Below are positions 63,188 through 64,000 of a stretch of DNA of 64,000 nucleotides, piece by piece. The translations under genes and the position numbers were made by a program. The first letter of the stretch is position 1. Every line of letters starts with the position of its first letter. Below the pieces are notes generated by a model. The model had not been told where the DNA came from. It did no database searches and saw nothing but the letters and a program-made list of their open reading frames with translations. Source of the DNA: a bacterium (lineage in GTDB: Bacteria > JADJOY01); contig JAXLQJ010000013.1 in the NCBI GenBank assembly GCA_046331705.1, forward strand, positions 62,001 through 126,000, in the 5' to 3' direction.

Positions 63188-63711
63188 AGCCCGCGCTCCG
63201 CGACCAGCACCAGTCCCGACACCGTCTGGAACCACACCAGCGCCGCGACGGTGAGCCCGAGCACCGCATAGAGCGGCCGCCACGCGACGTCCACCCGCGG
63301 ATCGAAGCGCTGGCGAAGCCACGCATACGCCAGCGTCACGGCGAGTCCGAGGGCCGCGAAGTTCTCCTTGATGTCGAAGAGATTCGACGCCCACGGCGCC
63401 CAGCGATCGAAGACCGCCGCGCGCACGTAGATCCGGTACGCCGGATAGACGACGGCCCCCAGCAAGAAGGTCGCCAGGTACGCGATCAGCTGGATGCGGA
63501 CGTAGAGCTTCTCGAGACCGGCGCGCCCGAACCGGCCGCGCAGATAGCCGATCACCAGGATCGCGTCGTGGGTGGTCGACCCGAGCAACGCGATCGCCGC
63601 CAGCGCGTGCGCCACCAGCAATGCCGGCGCGGCGCTTTCGAGCCACACACCGCCCGTGCGCGGCACGGGTGCGTACGGGTACGACCACGTCTCGGCGGCG
63701 AGTGAATTCAC
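63184..63711 (-). CDS. Four-TM membrane protein
   Basis: TM helices with AH..TTH, YPAYR and FDIKEN; start uncertain (63711 or 63648). Confidence 0.65.
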   Translation of the reverse strand: MNSLAAETWSYPYAPVPRTGGVWLESAAPALLVAHALAAIALLGSTTHDAILVIGYLRGRFGRAGLEKLYVRIQLIAYLATFLLGAVVYPAYRIYVRAAVFDRWAPWASNLFDIKENFAALGLAVTLAYAWLRQRFDPRVDVAWRPLYAVLGLTVAALVWFQTVSGLVLVAERGL

Positions 63712-63831
63712 CGGGGGCGAGTCAGGGTGCGTGTCGCGTGAGGTTGGTTCGGGCGCTGGGCGAGACGATCGCTGCTGCCGCGGGCCAGCGAGCACGGGCG
63801 CGATCGAGCGCGGTCGCCTGGGCGCGGCGGG

Positions 63832-63860
63832 ACGTTACACGATGGCACCCTGGGGCGCAA
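63832..63860 (-). promoter_or_regulatory. Putative sigma70 promoter for the FadL operon
   Basis: Minus strand TTGCGC-N17-TAACGT. Confidence 0.4.
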
Positions 63861-64000
63861 CCCATCGCTCACCCATCGCGAGTCGCGCGGGGTCGGGCGC
63901 GACCGGCGCAGACCGTCGGTTTCGCGGCGTGCGCGCGCCTCGCTCGCTCGCGGCAGCGCGTACACTTCGTCCCGATGGACCTCCCGCCCCGGTTCCGCGC

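Overview
This very GC-rich bacterial window has a deltaproteobacterial/Myxococcota-like gene set (MglA, RomR-like regulator, RpoH, tandem FadL-like barrels). Housekeeping blocks (yebC-ahcY-metK; mglA-fusA2-coaX-birA-nadC-valS-romR-like) flank about 44 kb dominated by cell-surface glycan genes. Part one of that region (about 3-21 kb) is unusually rich in radical SAM enzymes: three SPASM/twitch-type proteins, one B12-binding protein and a GT4-radical SAM fusion. It also carries WbqC, a PilZ protein, a large secreted deacetylase-like protein and a GT4 with a ~650-residue repeat-containing coiled coil. Part two (about 32-47 kb) has a WbdA-like double GT4, four more GT4s and three small paralogous 'SHR...K...R' proteins. 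Other highlights are a candidate ~200-nt structured ncRNA with its own promoter and terminator after rpoH, a degenerate GGDEF hybrid, a pseudo-receiver RomR-like protein with Thr-motif repeats and an EF-G paralogue with altered GTPase motifs. I saw no rRNA, tRNA, CRISPR array or transposase. All calls rest on motif recognition by eye, and several start codons were re-chosen from the ORF track.
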